Source of the DNA: Acidimicrobiaceae bacterium
Lineage (GTDB): Bacteria; Actinomycetota; Acidimicrobiia; Acidimicrobiales; Aldehydirespiratoraceae
Reading direction: 5' to 3'
DNA: 64,000 nt
Assembly: GCA_028819005.1 (NCBI GenBank)
Contig: JAPPMP010000033.1
Coordinates: 14,273-78,272 of the forward strand
Position numbers and translations under genes: made by a program. A model generated the notes under the pieces. The model did no database searches and was not told where the DNA came from. It saw only the letters and a list, made by a program, of their open reading frames with translations. This document shows positions 63,496-64,000 of this stretch, piece after piece (the stretch's first letter is position 1; every line of letters starts with the position of its first letter).

Positions 63496-64000
63496 ATGAC
63501 GTTTCCGGAGGGGGACATCGGTCGAGTTCTGGTCGGTTCAGAGGAGCTTGCGGCGCGCGTTCGGGAATTGGGAGCACAGATCACCGAGGACTACGCGGGG
63601 CGCAGTCCGCTGCTCGTGGGTGTGCTGAAGGGCGCGTTCGTGTTCATGAGCGACCTTGCCCGCGAGATTCGTCTCCCGGTCGAGATGGATTTCATGGCGG
63701 TCTCCTCCTACGGCGCGTCCACGAAATCGAGCGGGGTGGTGCGGATCGTGAAGGATCTCGACGTGGACGTCGCAGGTCGGGATGTTCTGTTGGTTGAGGA
63801 CATCGTCGATTCTGGGTCGACCCTGCGTTACCTTCTGCGGTTTCTGGCAGAGCGGAACCCGGCGAGCCTCGAGGTCTGTGCCCTGCTCGTCCGCGATGGC
63901 GCCAGAACCGACGACATTGCCTATGTCGGGTTTTCGATTCCGGCTGATTTCGTGGTCGGTTACGGACTCGATGTCGCTGAGCATTATCGGGAACTGAGTT
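63496..64000 (+). CDS. hpt: hypoxanthine phosphoribosyltransferase (3' end outside window)
   Basis: The ORF is not in the track because no stop is reached. My translation reads [13 protein letters not shown]...[16 protein letters not shown]...[14 protein letters not shown]...GYGLD. Confidence 0.9.
   Translation, partial: MTFPEGDIGRVLVGSEELAARVRELGAQITEDYAGRSPLLVGVLKGAFVFMSDLAREIRLPVEMDFMAVSSYGASTKSSGVVRIVKDLDVDVAGRDVLLVEDIVDSGSTLRYLLRFLAERNPASLEVCALLVRDGARTDDIAYVGFSIPADFVVGYGLDVAEHYRELS

Overview
High-G+C (spot counts of about 65-68% in core genes) bacterial chromosome segment with typical actinobacterial synteny: whiB, glnR-glnA-glnII-nadE, a Tad/Flp pilus locus, topA-tmk-holB and tilS-hpt. 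I did not identify the organism. All family names come from reading the translations and from memory of those families; no searches were run. About 60 protein genes are supportable. Three tRNAs are present: Pro-CGG, Thr-CGT and a 96-nt tRNA-Sec with a UCA anticodon. The selenocysteine genes selA and selB lie about 31 kb from tRNA-Sec. Most of the window is housekeeping. The accessory part is an interrupted, lower-G+C stretch at about 18.85-32.3 kb. It holds a C5-cytosine methyltransferase and Vsr pair with a start-less ORF next to it, a 5'-truncated and an intact DUF4143 AAA ATPase gene, and the main candidate. The main candidate is two overlapping giant genes on the minus strand: a 1124-aa protein with no motif I can recognise (28861..32235) and a 1666-aa DExH helicase (23871..28871). 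The helicase has a roughly 660-aa Cys-knuckle insertion, a DUF1998-like zinc region and a short Vsr/DUF559-like tail. This gene order matches the published Druantia type III (DruH-DruE) layout, whose mechanism is unknown, but the assignment needs HMM and structure checks. Other observations: a MITE-like element with terminal inverted repeats in two copies (9.45 kb and 44.07 kb); a vapBC array next to tRNA-Sec with a duplicated, stop-containing vapC fragment; several short tandem repeats in regulatory positions (1561-1628, 13531-13594, 7453-7493); a candidate GlnR box between glnA and glnII; and repeat-encoded low-complexity extensions on a Baeyer-Villiger monooxygenase, TadC and TilS. No CRISPR array, rRNA, transposase or integrase was seen.
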